64,000 nt of DNA from Pseudomonadota bacterium (GTDB taxonomy: Bacteria > Pseudomonadota > Alphaproteobacteria > JBCCHK01), in assembly GCA_039028835.1 (NCBI GenBank), contig JBCCHK010000008.1, positions 77,463 through 141,462 on the forward strand. The letters are read 5' to 3'. Shown here piece by piece: positions 39,220 to 48,687 of this stretch. The notes under the pieces were generated by a model. That model was not told where the DNA came from, searched no databases, and saw nothing but the letters and a program-made list of their open reading frames with translations. Within the stretch, counting starts at the first letter, position 1; every line of letters begins with the position of its first letter. Made by a program: the position numbers and the translations under genes.

Positions 39220-40770
39220 ATGGCCGTCAAACTCATCATCACCGCTGGCGATATCGATCCGGCGCAAGCCTCGCGAGAGCTTCCCAAAGGCTCGGCGGTG
39301 GTGATCGGTCGAGGGGCTGGTTGTGATTGGAAGCTACCGGATCCCGGGCGACACCTTTCCAAGCAGCATTGCCGTATCGAGGTGGATGATCAGGGTGTAC
39401 GGCTCACCGATACGAGCACAAACGGGGTTTTCCTGAATGGCCAACGCGCGCGCCTTCCCAAAGGTCAGGCAGTCACGCTCATCAACGGACAAACGATCCG
39501 CTTGGGGAGCTATGAGATGCGCATAGAGACGGCGGTGGCGGCAACGATGGATGGTTCCGCCCAGGCCGCGCTCGATCCCTTTGCAGCGCCGGTCTCCCCG
39601 GTCGCGCCAACGTCGTCGCGATTGCCCGGCATGGCGAGCGGGTCGGGCGATGCGCCTGATCCTTTTGCGGATCCGCTTGCCCCGCAGGAGGGGGACTGGA
39701 GCGATCCCTTTGCCCAAGAGTCGCTCAAGGGTGGGGTGAGTCCGCTTGATGATCCCCTGCCGAGCAGCACACCAGCGCCCCAGCCGGATCATGGGGCTTT
39801 GGCGGATCAGTATTTTGAACCCCCCAAACCAGTGATCCCCGATGACTGGGGAACAGGCGTAGGGGGGAGCGCTGGTGCGGGGGCGGCGCAAATCCCTGAG
39901 GATTGGGGGACGCCGCCGCCAGCACCCCCAATCCCTCCGCCTTCATCGTCGCCTTCATCATCGCCTGTCGATGCGACCCCCCAACCCCCCGCTGTCACGC
40001 CCGCTCAGGCACCGCCGGTCATCCCTGAGCAAACCCCAACCACCGCGGCGTCACCAACGCCAGAGGGAGACACGGCATCGCAAGACCTGCTGGTCAGCTT
40101 TCTGGGCGGGATTGGCGTGCCGGAAAAGTTTGCCAATATCGTCACCAAACAGCCCGATCATGGGGTCGCGTTCATGACCCGCGCGGGGCAGATGTTCAGC
40201 CAGCTCGTCGGCGGGCTGCATCGCATCTTGATGAGTCGGGTCACGGTCAAAGAGCAGTTTGGCGTGGAGCAAACCCTGATTCGCGCGGCGGACAACAATC
40301 CGCTCAAGTTCGCGCCCACCGAAGAGGAAGCCGTGATGGCCCTCTTAGCGGACGTGCGCAAAGGCTTTTTATCCGGCGAACAGGCGATTAACGAAGGTTT
40401 TGAGGACATCACCCGCCACCAAATGGCCACCATTGCCGCCATTCAAATCGCCCTTAATCAAGTTCTCGCGCGCCTAAGCCCGACCCAGATCAGCAAGCGC
40501 GTGGATAAAGGCGCGCGCGGCTTAAGTGGGCGCGATGCCCGCTGTTGGCGGGAATATCAGCAAGTCTATGAAGAGATCCAGCGGGTCGTCAGCGGTGATC
40601 ATCACCGTGTTTTTGCAGCGGCTTTTGCTAAGGCTTACAAACAGCAGGAAAGCCAAGTCCCAACCCACACCGAGACGCAAGTCGCCGCGCCCGCTGCTTC
40701 ACCCGGCGCCTCGTCCGCCGCCGCGCCCAACTCTGGACTTGCTCGTCACAAAAACGCCCGCAACCGTTAA
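39220..40770 (+). CDS. tagH: T6SS FHA-domain protein (Fha/TagH)
   Basis: IGR..CDW.LPDP...SKQH, DTSTNG, Pro-rich linker, QTLI....NNPLKF, HQMA, CW..Y, F..AF..AY. Confidence 0.93.
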   Translation: MAVKLIITAGDIDPAQASRELPKGSAVVIGRGAGCDWKLPDPGRHLSKQHCRIEVDDQGVRLTDTSTNGVFLNGQRARLPKGQAVTLINGQTIRLGSYEMRIETAVAATMDGSAQAALDPFAAPVSPVAPTSSRLPGMASGSGDAPDPFADPLAPQEGDWSDPFAQESLKGGVSPLDDPLPSSTPAPQPDHGALADQYFEPPKPVIPDDWGTGVGGSAGAGAAQIPEDWGTPPPAPPIPPPSSSPSSSPVDATPQPPAVTPAQAPPVIPEQTPTTAASPTPEGDTASQDLLVSFLGGIGVPEKFANIVTKQPDHGVAFMTRAGQMFSQLVGGLHRILMSRVTVKEQFGVEQTLIRAADNNPLKFAPTEEEAVMALLADVRKGFLSGEQAINEGFEDITRHQMATIAAIQIALNQVLARLSPTQISKRVDKGARGLSGRDARCWREYQQVYEEIQRVVSGDHHRVFAAAFAKAYKQQESQVPTHTETQVAAPAASPGASSAAAPNSGLARHKNARNR

Positions 40771-40781
40771 TAGAAAATTAA
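40767..40781. promoter_or_regulatory. CtrA-like box
   Basis: TTAA-TAGAAAA-TTAA (TTAA-N7-TTAA), overlapping the fha stop codon. Confidence 0.4.
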
Positions 40782-40798
40782 GATATATCAATTAAAAG

Positions 40799-40812
40799 TT
40801 GATATATATCAA
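40799..40812. promoter_or_regulatory. FNR/FixK box upstream of tssJ
   Basis: TTGAT-ATAT-ATCAA, a perfect match to TTGAT-N4-ATCAA, in intergenic DNA. Confidence 0.55.
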
Positions 40813-40939
40813 TTTTTATCTAGTGCAATATTTTTCTGTGCTTTTTCTACATGCCGGTTGTTGTCTGATGCTCAGAGTTTTCATGGTCATCCGCCCTTTG
40901 TTCTCCGCACCGGTCCCTTGCTTGTCGGTTGCGCGGTTT

Positions 40940-41437
40940 ATGGGCAGGCGGGTGGCTCCGATCACCAAGGGAGTCCTTATCGTCGCGCTTGTGGTCACAG
41001 TGGTTGCGTGTCGCAAGATCGAGTTCCCTGAACCAGAGCCGCCACCGCCGCCGACCGTTGTCATTTTAGAGCTTATGGGGGCGGCCGACCTCAATGCAGA
41101 CGCGCAGGGGCGCGGCGCCCCGCTGGCGGTGCGAATCTATCAGCTGGCCTCGGCCGAGGTCTTTTCCCGCGCCGACTTTTTCCAAGTCTATGACCAAGCG
41201 CAAGCCAGCTTAGGCGTGGACCTCATCGCGCAAGAAACCCGAGTTCTCGCCCCAGGGGGCCAGGAGCGGGTACCCCTTATGATAAAACAAGGGACACAGT
41301 TCATCGGCATCGTTGGCGCGTTTCGTGATATTAATCAATCGGTATGGCGGCTCTACGCGCCCGTTGTCCCGCAGCAGACAACGACCTACCGCCTGATCTT
41401 TGGGGATGGGGTTATCACCCCCGGGGATGCGCCATGA
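40940..41437 (+). CDS. tssJ: T6SS outer-membrane lipoprotein TssJ
   Basis: Lipobox VVAC, LNAD..G...PL.VRIYQL, F..ADFF, L.PG, IGIVGAFRDI...WR. Start inferred from the signal peptide. Confidence 0.9.
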   Translation: MGRRVAPITKGVLIVALVVTVVACRKIEFPEPEPPPPPTVVILELMGAADLNADAQGRGAPLAVRIYQLASAEVFSRADFFQVYDQAQASLGVDLIAQETRVLAPGGQERVPLMIKQGTQFIGIVGAFRDINQSVWRLYAPVVPQQTTTYRLIFGDGVITPGDAP

Positions 41438-42750
41438 GCTGGCGGAGCAAGGTTGCCTGGTCGGAAGGCCTTTTTCTGCGCCCCCAGCACTTTCAACAGC
41501 AGGATCGCTACCACGAAAAGTATGCCCGCACCCTGATCGCCCAGGCCTATAACTGGGGGTTTCGTGAGCTTGCCCTCGATCGCGATCAGCTCACCCTCGG
41601 GCGCGTTGCCTTAACTCGTTGCGCCGGGGTGTGGCAAGACGGTACGCCTTTTGATGCGCCGGACGATTGTGATTTACCCGAGGCCTTGGTCCTTGCAGAA
41701 GGCGCGACAAACGTCACGGTCTATCTGGTGATCCCCGAATCTCAAGTGGGGGTCGCGCAAAACGCAGGCAAAACCTCGCGTTACCACGAAGGCCAGTTTG
41801 AGGCCATCGACGTCATGGGCTCGGACAACGCGCAAAGCGCGGCGGTAGCCTTGGCTAGGCTGCGTCTGGGGTTGGCCAGCGAGGTCTTGCCCGGGTTTCA
41901 TTGTCTGGCTGTTGCCCAGGTGCGGGAAGTGCGTGCTGATCGCCAGGTTATCTTTGACGAACGACATATCCCACCGGTCTTAAAAACTTCAGTGAGTCAG
42001 GTCCTCACGGGATTCATCACCGAGATTCACGGTCTCCTGGAGCAGCGCTCAGAAGCCTTGGCCGGGCGTCTGACGGGCACCAGCGCGAGCGTCGCGGACG
42101 TGGCTGATTTCATGCTTTTGCAGACCTGCAACCGCTATGCCTTGCTGTTTGGCCACCTTAGCAAGGGGCCGGTCATTCATCCTCATGACCTGTTTATGCA
42201 AACCAGCATGATCGCCGGTGAGCTTGCGACCTTCACTTCAGCAAACCGCCGCCCCGTCGAGCTGCCCGCTTTTGACCAAGACCAGCTCAGGAGCACCTTT
42301 GAGCCATTAATGACTCAAGTGCGGCGTTCGCTTAGTGCTGTGCTGGAAAGTTCGGCAACACAAGTTCCCTTAGAGCTACGTAGCTATGGCGTCCGGGTCG
42401 GCCAGATTGCCGACAAGAGTCTGCTTACCGGGGCGTCGTTTATCCTGGCGGTGCGCTCGACAATCCCAGTGGAGCGGTTGCACTCGACCTTCCCCAACCA
42501 GACCAAGATTGGCCCCGTCGAACGCATTCGCGAGCTGGTCAATGTCGCTCTGCCTGGCATTAGCATGCGGGTCCTTGCGGTCGCCCCACGGCAGATACCC
42601 TATCGCGCGGGCACGGCGTACTTCGAGATGGATCGATCCTCGCCGCTGTGGGCAGAGCTGACCAAATCCGGCGGGCTGGCCCTGCATGTTGCGGGGGAGA
42701 TTCCGGGCCTTGAGTTGGAGTGCTGGGCGATACGCGAAGGAAGCAAATGA
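41434..42750 (+). CDS. tssK: T6SS baseplate-membrane connector TssK
   Basis: MSW.SKVAWSEGLFLRPQHFQQQDRY, DGTPF, KIG, LPGI, PRQIPY, LECWAIR. ATGA-coupled on both sides. Confidence 0.95.
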   Translation: MSWRSKVAWSEGLFLRPQHFQQQDRYHEKYARTLIAQAYNWGFRELALDRDQLTLGRVALTRCAGVWQDGTPFDAPDDCDLPEALVLAEGATNVTVYLVIPESQVGVAQNAGKTSRYHEGQFEAIDVMGSDNAQSAAVALARLRLGLASEVLPGFHCLAVAQVREVRADRQVIFDERHIPPVLKTSVSQVLTGFITEIHGLLEQRSEALAGRLTGTSASVADVADFMLLQTCNRYALLFGHLSKGPVIHPHDLFMQTSMIAGELATFTSANRRPVELPAFDQDQLRSTFEPLMTQVRRSLSAVLESSATQVPLELRSYGVRVGQIADKSLLTGASFILAVRSTIPVERLHSTFPNQTKIGPVERIRELVNVALPGISMRVLAVAPRQIPYRAGTAYFEMDRSSPLWAELTKSGGLALHVAGEIPGLELECWAIREGSK

Positions 42751-44042
42751 ACACCGACGATCCCTTTGCCGATTTCAGCGTCGATCAGGTCGATCAGACA
42801 GTTGTCGGCGGGGGATTAGAATCACCCACCCCACAAGATTTGCCGCAAGACGTTCATGCGCCTGTTTTGGTTGGCGTGAATCCCCTCGCGCGGTTGGCCG
42901 CTCCTTTGTTTGACCTGATCGTGCGGGTCCGCGATGTGCCCAGCTATGAGGACGTTGCGGGGTTGCGCACGCGCACCGTGCAAGAAATCCGCCGCTTTGA
43001 AAAGGCTTCGATGGATACGGGCCTTAGCCTTAATGCTTTGCGTGCCGCACGTTATGCCCTGTGCGCCACCATCGATGATGTGGTGCTCAACACCCCGTGG
43101 GGAAGTCATGGCCAGTGGGCTGCGCAAAGCATGGTGAGCCTTTTTCATAACGAGGTCAGTGGCGGTGAGCGATTTTTTATCATCCTCGCGCGGCTAGAAA
43201 AACAGCCGGCGGCCTACGTCGATGTGATCGAGCTTATGTATCTGTGTTTAAGCCTAGGGTTTGCGGGCAAATACCGGGTCGATGCGCGGGGTAGCGAGCG
43301 GCTCGTGCACATCCGGGCTCATATCTATCAGCTTTTACGGCAATGGCGCGGCGATCAAGAACAGGAACTCTCGCCGAACTGGAAGGGCGTACGTGCGGCC
43401 ACCCGGCGCGCGTTTCGGGTCCCAGGCTGGATTGTGTGGGCGGCTTGTGCGCTGGGGCTCGGGTTTATCTATATTGGCTTATCGTTCTTACTCTCATCGA
43501 TCACGATGCAGACCTCCACAGTGGCGAGCCAGATTGCTCCCGCCACGCCGATCACTTTGGTACGTAGCGCGCCGGTGCTCACGCCCGAGCCGCAATACCG
43601 CGCTTATAAACCTCAGATAGAAGCCTTTATTCCGGCCGAAGTTGCCCGCGGCCAGGTCGAGGTGCTGGAGGACGCTCAAGCGGTCACCATTCGCCTCATT
43701 AGCGCCAACCTTTTTGCCTCAGGTACAGGACAACTCACGGCGCAATACGTGCCACTCATCGGTAAGATCAGCCAGGCCCTGGATCGTTATCCTGGACAGA
43801 TTATCATAGGCGGGCATACCGATAACGTGCCCATCCGCACGGTGCGCTTTCCTTCCAATTGGGAACTTTCGCAAGCCCGCGCGCAGTCGGTTGCGCAGTT
43901 GATGAAAGCGGCCTTGCGCATGCCCGCGCGGGTAGAGGCCCGCGGGCGTGCCGATGTTGATCCCATTGCCAGCAACCAGACCCCTGAAGGCCGTGCCCGT
44001 AATCGGCGGATAGAAATTATTCTCACGAAGGTGGATTCCTAA
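42747..44042 (+). CDS. tssL: T6SS TssL (DotU) with OmpA-like peptidoglycan-binding domain
   Basis: RYALCATIDD, TPWG, GGERFF, CLSLGF.GKY, TM segment, GHTDN, NWELS..RA, NRRIEI. Confidence 0.95.
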   Translation: MNTDDPFADFSVDQVDQTVVGGGLESPTPQDLPQDVHAPVLVGVNPLARLAAPLFDLIVRVRDVPSYEDVAGLRTRTVQEIRRFEKASMDTGLSLNALRAARYALCATIDDVVLNTPWGSHGQWAAQSMVSLFHNEVSGGERFFIILARLEKQPAAYVDVIELMYLCLSLGFAGKYRVDARGSERLVHIRAHIYQLLRQWRGDQEQELSPNWKGVRAATRRAFRVPGWIVWAACALGLGFIYIGLSFLLSSITMQTSTVASQIAPATPITLVRSAPVLTPEPQYRAYKPQIEAFIPAEVARGQVEVLEDAQAVTIRLISANLFASGTGQLTAQYVPLIGKISQALDRYPGQIIIGGHTDNVPIRTVRFPSNWELSQARAQSVAQLMKAALRMPARVEARGRADVDPIASNQTPEGRARNRRIEIILTKVDS

Positions 44043-44044
44043 TC

Positions 44045-47000
44045 GTGCGCGCGATTTTTCTATCTCGCTGGGTGGTAAGTTTCATCGGCGTTGTGCTGGT
44101 CGGGATTTTGTTATGGTTGTTTGCGCCGCTGGTGGCCTTTGGCGAGAGCAGGCCTTTAGAGAGCGTAACGGCGCGTGTCTTGACGATTGTGATCCTTATT
44201 CTTGTCTGGATGGTCATCAATCTACTTCTGTCCTGGCGTGCGCACCGTATCGATCAAAAACTCAGCCAAGACATGACCGACAGCCAAGAGGATGCCGAGA
44301 ATTCGCAGGACCACGGACAGGTAGATGCAGAACTAGAGGCGCACAAACAACGCATGACCGAGGCGCTTAGGTTATTGCGTCGCTCACGATGGAAGTCTTG
44401 GCTCACCCAGCGTTATCTTTATGACATGCCGTGGTATCTGATTATCGGCCCGCCCGGGGCTGGTAAGACCACCATGCTCCTGCGCTCGGGACTCAAGTTT
44501 CCTTTAGCAGAAAAACTCGGCAACACCGGCATTCGCGGGGTTGGCGGGACGCGCGCGTGTGAGTGGTGGTTTACTGATCGCGCTGTGTTTATCGACACTG
44601 CCGGGCGTTATACGACGCAAGACGATCCGCAGCAAAAAGATGCGCAAGTGTGGCAAGGTTTTTTGGACATGCTGAAGAAGCATCGGCGTCATCAGCCGAT
44701 CAACGGTGTCATCCTGGCCATCAGCGTGATCGAACTTGCCCGTTTAGGTCCCGAAGGACGCCAGGCGCACATCGATGCCATGCGCGGCCGATTACTAGAG
44801 ATGACCAGCCGTCTGGGCACCACCCCACCGGTCTATGTGGTCTTTACCAAGGTCGACCGCATTGAGGGATTTGTGCAGTTCTTCGATGATTTGGATGCCC
44901 CAGCGCGTCGCCAAGTGTGGGGGATGACGGCGCAGATGGGCAAGCCCTTATCGATCAGTACGCTCGGCGCGGCGTTCGATGGGCTGATCGAACGGCTGAC
45001 CAGCCGGGTAACCCATCGCCTGCAACAAGAGCCAGACTTAAAGCGGCGTAGTGCGTTGTTTGGTTTCCCGGCACAGATAGCGAGCCTCAAGGAGCCTGTG
45101 CTCGATATGATAGAAAAGATTTTCGCTGCCAGCCGGCTAGAATCACCACCGATTTTTCGTGGTTTCTATCTCACCTCCGGCACCCAGGAAGGGACGCCGA
45201 TCGATCGTTTGGTCGCCTCGATGGGAGCGCTGTTTGGTATCTCTGCTCAGATGGGCACGAACTTTTCAGGTCAGGTACGGACGTTTTTTCTCGAACGTCT
45301 TTTGCGTCACGTGGTCATTGCTGAGGCGGGCGTGGCGGGCCTTGATCCTAAACTGGCGCGCAAGATGCGCCTGTGGCGGCAAGCACTATGGATAAGCGTC
45401 GCGAGTGTTTGTTTGCTCATCACCTCGCTATGGACGATCAGTACGGTGGCCAACATCGGTGAGATGAATCGCATGTTGAGCGCAATCGCCCAATGGCAGA
45501 ACATCGCCCAAGAACGAGACTTTCGCCGGGTCGCTGATACTGATCTTGCGGGGGTGGCGAGCGCGCTGGCGATTCTGCGCGATATGCCCTTTGGCTATCA
45601 CAGCCGCGAGGAGTCCGTGCCGCTCCATCGACGCTGGGGGCTTTCGCAGGATGCTACCTTGCGTGAGCAGGCGGCGTGGACCTATCGTCGCGCCTTAAAC
45701 CTGGTGTTATTGCCGCGCCTGCTCTTACGCTTGGAGGATCAGATCAACAGCAACTTAGGGCGGTCGGATTTTCTATACGAGGCCTTGCGAATCTATCTGA
45801 TGCTGGGGCGACAAGGTCCGGTCAATGCCGAACGGACGATCCAGTGGATGGAGTTTGATTGGTCTTTGCGCTATCCCGATCCGGCGGACGAACCCGTGCG
45901 GCTCAGCTTGCGCGACGGTTTGACGGCGATGCTGGAGGGCTCGCTGCTGGATATGCCGCTCGATGGCCAGTTGGTGGCCGATGCGCGTGGTTTGTTGCAA
46001 AGCATCCCGCTGGCTGAGCGCGTCTATGCGCGGATCAAGCAATCACCGCAAGCGCGTGCGATTCAGCCCTGGCGGGTGATCGATGCGGGCGGCGCGGCAA
46101 CCAATCGGGTCTTCATCCGCCGTTCAGGCAAGCCGTTGTCGGACGGCGTGCCGGGGCTTTATACTTACAACGGGTTTCATGGGATTTTTCTACCTGGCTT
46201 GGCGGATGCGGCCAAGCAAATGACCAGTGAGAGTTGGGTACTTGGTATCGGCGATGGACTCAGTGAAGAGGCCGCGGGTGAGCAGTTGGCCAACCTCGAG
46301 CGCGATGTGCTGGGGCTTTACTTAGATGACTATGCCGCCCAATGGGATGAGCTGTTGGCCGATATCTCAGTTATGCCTTTTCGCAGCTTGAGCCATGGTG
46401 CGGCGATCACCAACACCTTATCAGGGCCTAACTCACCCATGCGTAACCTACTGCGTGAGGTGCGCGTCCAGACGCGCATTGCCGAGCCGCCCGAGTTGAT
46501 TGAAGGCGGGACTGAGGCGGCCCGCTCGGTGGCGGATGTGGCGGTAGAGGAGCTACGCTCACGCCTGTCGCTGCGTGCGCTGGAGGTGGCCGATATCTTT
46601 GGCGCGACAGCATTGGAGCGTCAGCAAGCGCCTCTTCCCGGCCAGTATATCGATGAGCGTTATCAGGCGCTTAATGCCTTCATCGGTGACCCTAAGGAAG
46701 GTGCGCCACCGCTGGAGGAAACCCTAACGTCTTTGCAGGAGGTTTATCGAGAACTCAACCGTCTATCCGGCAGTGGCGGCGATGTCTCGTTGGTCTCGGC
46801 GGTGTCCCAGCGCGGCGTGGATGCCCAGCTTGAAGATATCAGCAACACCATGCCGCCGCCGCTTAACCAATGGTTATTATCTACCTCACGGTCGACGGCG
46901 ATCATCACTGTGGGCGGCGCACGCGAGCAGGTGGCGGCCGCCTGGGCGGGCAAGGTTGGCCCTGCTTGTCAGGCGGCGTTGACCAATCGCTATCCGTTCT

Positions 47001-47629
47001 ATCCGCAAAGTGGTGTGGATGTGACCTTCGATGACTTTGGCCGCCTTTTTGCTCCCAGCAGCGATATCGATCAGTTCTTTAATGAAAACCTGCGGCCCTT
47101 TGTCGATCAAACCAGCAAGCCGTGGCAGTGGCGGCCTGTGGATGGGGTGGATATCGGCATCTCCCCCAACGCGCTACGTCAATTTGAGCGGGCAGCGGAG
47201 ATTCGTGATGCGTTGTTTGCTGCCGGTTCTCGCATCCCCGAGGTGCGCTTTGAGTTGTTTCCACTTGCCCTGAGCGATCAGGCCGCCAAGGTGCTAGTCG
47301 AGATCAATGGGCAAGAGGTTGCTTATGAGCACGGTCCGCAAAATCCGATGCGCGTCATTTGGCCGGGGCCAGCGGCGACCAACCGGGTGCGGCTGGTGTT
47401 TTCACCCATCGGCGGCGGCCCACCCGTGGCCAAAAGTTTTGAAGGGCCTTGGGCATTTTACCGCTTGCTGGATGAATCGCAGCTACGGTCTACAACGCTT
47501 GCGGATCGTTTTCAGGTGACTTTGAGTGTCGGTCCTCACAGTGCCGCTTTTGAGTTACGTGCAAACAGCATCGTCAATCCCTTCACCTTGAAGGCCCTTT
47601 CCCAATTCCGTTGTCCAGGGAGTCTCTAA
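44045..47629 (+). CDS. tssM: T6SS membrane core protein TssM (IcmF)
   Basis: PWYLIIGPPGAGKTT, CEWWF, DTAGRY, PINGV, RGFYLTSGTQEG, RYPF, GPWAFYRL, FRCP. Confidence 0.96.
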   Translation: MRAIFLSRWVVSFIGVVLVGILLWLFAPLVAFGESRPLESVTARVLTIVILILVWMVINLLLSWRAHRIDQKLSQDMTDSQEDAENSQDHGQVDAELEAHKQRMTEALRLLRRSRWKSWLTQRYLYDMPWYLIIGPPGAGKTTMLLRSGLKFPLAEKLGNTGIRGVGGTRACEWWFTDRAVFIDTAGRYTTQDDPQQKDAQVWQGFLDMLKKHRRHQPINGVILAISVIELARLGPEGRQAHIDAMRGRLLEMTSRLGTTPPVYVVFTKVDRIEGFVQFFDDLDAPARRQVWGMTAQMGKPLSISTLGAAFDGLIERLTSRVTHRLQQEPDLKRRSALFGFPAQIASLKEPVLDMIEKIFAASRLESPPIFRGFYLTSGTQEGTPIDRLVASMGALFGISAQMGTNFSGQVRTFFLERLLRHVVIAEAGVAGLDPKLARKMRLWRQALWISVASVCLLITSLWTISTVANIGEMNRMLSAIAQWQNIAQERDFRRVADTDLAGVASALAILRDMPFGYHSREESVPLHRRWGLSQDATLREQAAWTYRRALNLVLLPRLLLRLEDQINSNLGRSDFLYEALRIYLMLGRQGPVNAERTIQWMEFDWSLRYPDPADEPVRLSLRDGLTAMLEGSLLDMPLDGQLVADARGLLQSIPLAERVYARIKQSPQARAIQPWRVIDAGGAATNRVFIRRSGKPLSDGVPGLYTYNGFHGIFLPGLADAAKQMTSESWVLGIGDGLSEEAAGEQLANLERDVLGLYLDDYAAQWDELLADISVMPFRSLSHGAAITNTLSGPNSPMRNLLREVRVQTRIAEPPELIEGGTEAARSVADVAVEELRSRLSLRALEVADIFGATALERQQAPLPGQYIDERYQALNAFIGDPKEGAPPLEETLTSLQEVYRELNRLSGSGGDVSLVSAVSQRGVDAQLEDISNTMPPPLNQWLLSTSRSTAIITVGGAREQVAAAWAGKVGPACQAALTNRYPFYPQSGVDVTFDDFGRLFAPSSDIDQFFNENLRPFVDQTSKPWQWRPVDGVDIGISPNALRQFERAAEIRDALFAAGSRIPEVRFELFPLALSDQAAKVLVEINGQEVAYEHGPQNPMRVIWPGPAATNRVRLVFSPIGGGPPVAKSFEGPWAFYRLLDESQLRSTTLADRFQVTLSVGPHSAAFELRANSIVNPFTLKALSQFRCPGSL

Positions 47630-47630
47630 C

Positions 47631-48275
47631 ATGATTGGTTATTTCGGCAAGATCTCCGAGCGGGGTGATTTCGTGACGTTTGGTTTGCCTGCGCCAGTGA
47701 CTGGGGCGTGGGATCGTTGGTTGAGCGGCATGTTGCAAGAGGCGGTGGATGTTTACGGGCCGGACTGGCCCTCGATCTACGAAAACGCCCCCTTGTGGCA
47801 ATTTCATCTCGCTCCCGACTGTCTAAGATCGCCATCGGGTCGCTTAAAAAGAGGATTGGCCGGGATAATGGCGCCGTCGTCCGATCAGGTCGGGCGCTCT
47901 TTTCCATTCATGGTCGGGCGGGTGGTCGGTGCCAAGGACATCCCTGGCCAAGCCTGGTTTGCCCAGCTCGCTCGATTGATGCACCTTGGGCGCACGGGAT
48001 CCTTTTCGGCGTTTCATGAGGCAATCAAAGCGGCGGGGGTAAACCCGGATGCCCCCAGTAACGCAGGCCGCCCCTCATCGTCCCTGATGTCCCCATGTTC
48101 GGGATGGCCCTACGGTCAGGGGCTACCGGCGGGGATGAGCCTATGGGCCCCGATGGGGGTTAAGCCAGGGATCCTGTTGTGTCGCCAGCACATGCCCAAA
48201 ACGGCCGATTCGGCGCTTTTCTTTGCGCAACCGGGCAAAATATGGGCAGAATCCTGTCAACTGATCGAGGGATAA
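47631..48275 (+). CDS. tagF: T6SS post-translational repressor TagF
   Basis: GYFGKI..RGDFV, WDRW, PLWQF, G...PSSDQVGR.FP. Confidence 0.9.
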   Translation: MIGYFGKISERGDFVTFGLPAPVTGAWDRWLSGMLQEAVDVYGPDWPSIYENAPLWQFHLAPDCLRSPSGRLKRGLAGIMAPSSDQVGRSFPFMVGRVVGAKDIPGQAWFAQLARLMHLGRTGSFSAFHEAIKAAGVNPDAPSNAGRPSSSLMSPCSGWPYGQGLPAGMSLWAPMGVKPGILLCRQHMPKTADSALFFAQPGKIWAESCQLIEG

Positions 48276-48435
48276 GCCCTAATTTGACATAAAATATGGT
48301 AAAATAAGACATTGTGCAGTCTTATTTGGGGCGATTATTAGGGCAATCATGGGGATCATGCCAGGTTACGCCTGGTTGGCACCTAGGTTATACCAGGATG
48401 ATGCCGGGATCGTGCCATACTCGCGCCAGTATGGC
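48276..48435. repeat. Nested inverted repeats and hairpins after tagF
   Basis: GCCCTAAT..ATTAGGGC encloses AAATAAGAC..GTCTTATTT. A separate hairpin GCCATACT-cgcgcc-AGTATGGC lies at 48414-48435. Confidence 0.6.
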
Positions 48436-48687
48436 TTCCCCTTGTTGGGCGATTCGGGATCGGATAACTGGGAATCAGATATCTGATGAGTCGGACACTT
48501 CAAGTAGGGTTTCAACAATAAAAAGAACCCCGGTTACTCTGAAGAATCCTTTAAGGACTCTTTCTTTGACTCTTTACTTTGAGGATCCTATTAAGATCCC
48601 TTCGAGAAGCCCCAAAGAAATCTCACGGGATCCATCACCTCTGTGGTCGGGCTGAATGTGGTCGGGATGAAAGAAACGTAACGATTT

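Noticed and set aside
40799-40939. Long N-terminal extension of TssJ in the ORF track
   Set aside because: The lipoprotein signal fits a start at 40940. The upstream part is AT-rich regulatory DNA.
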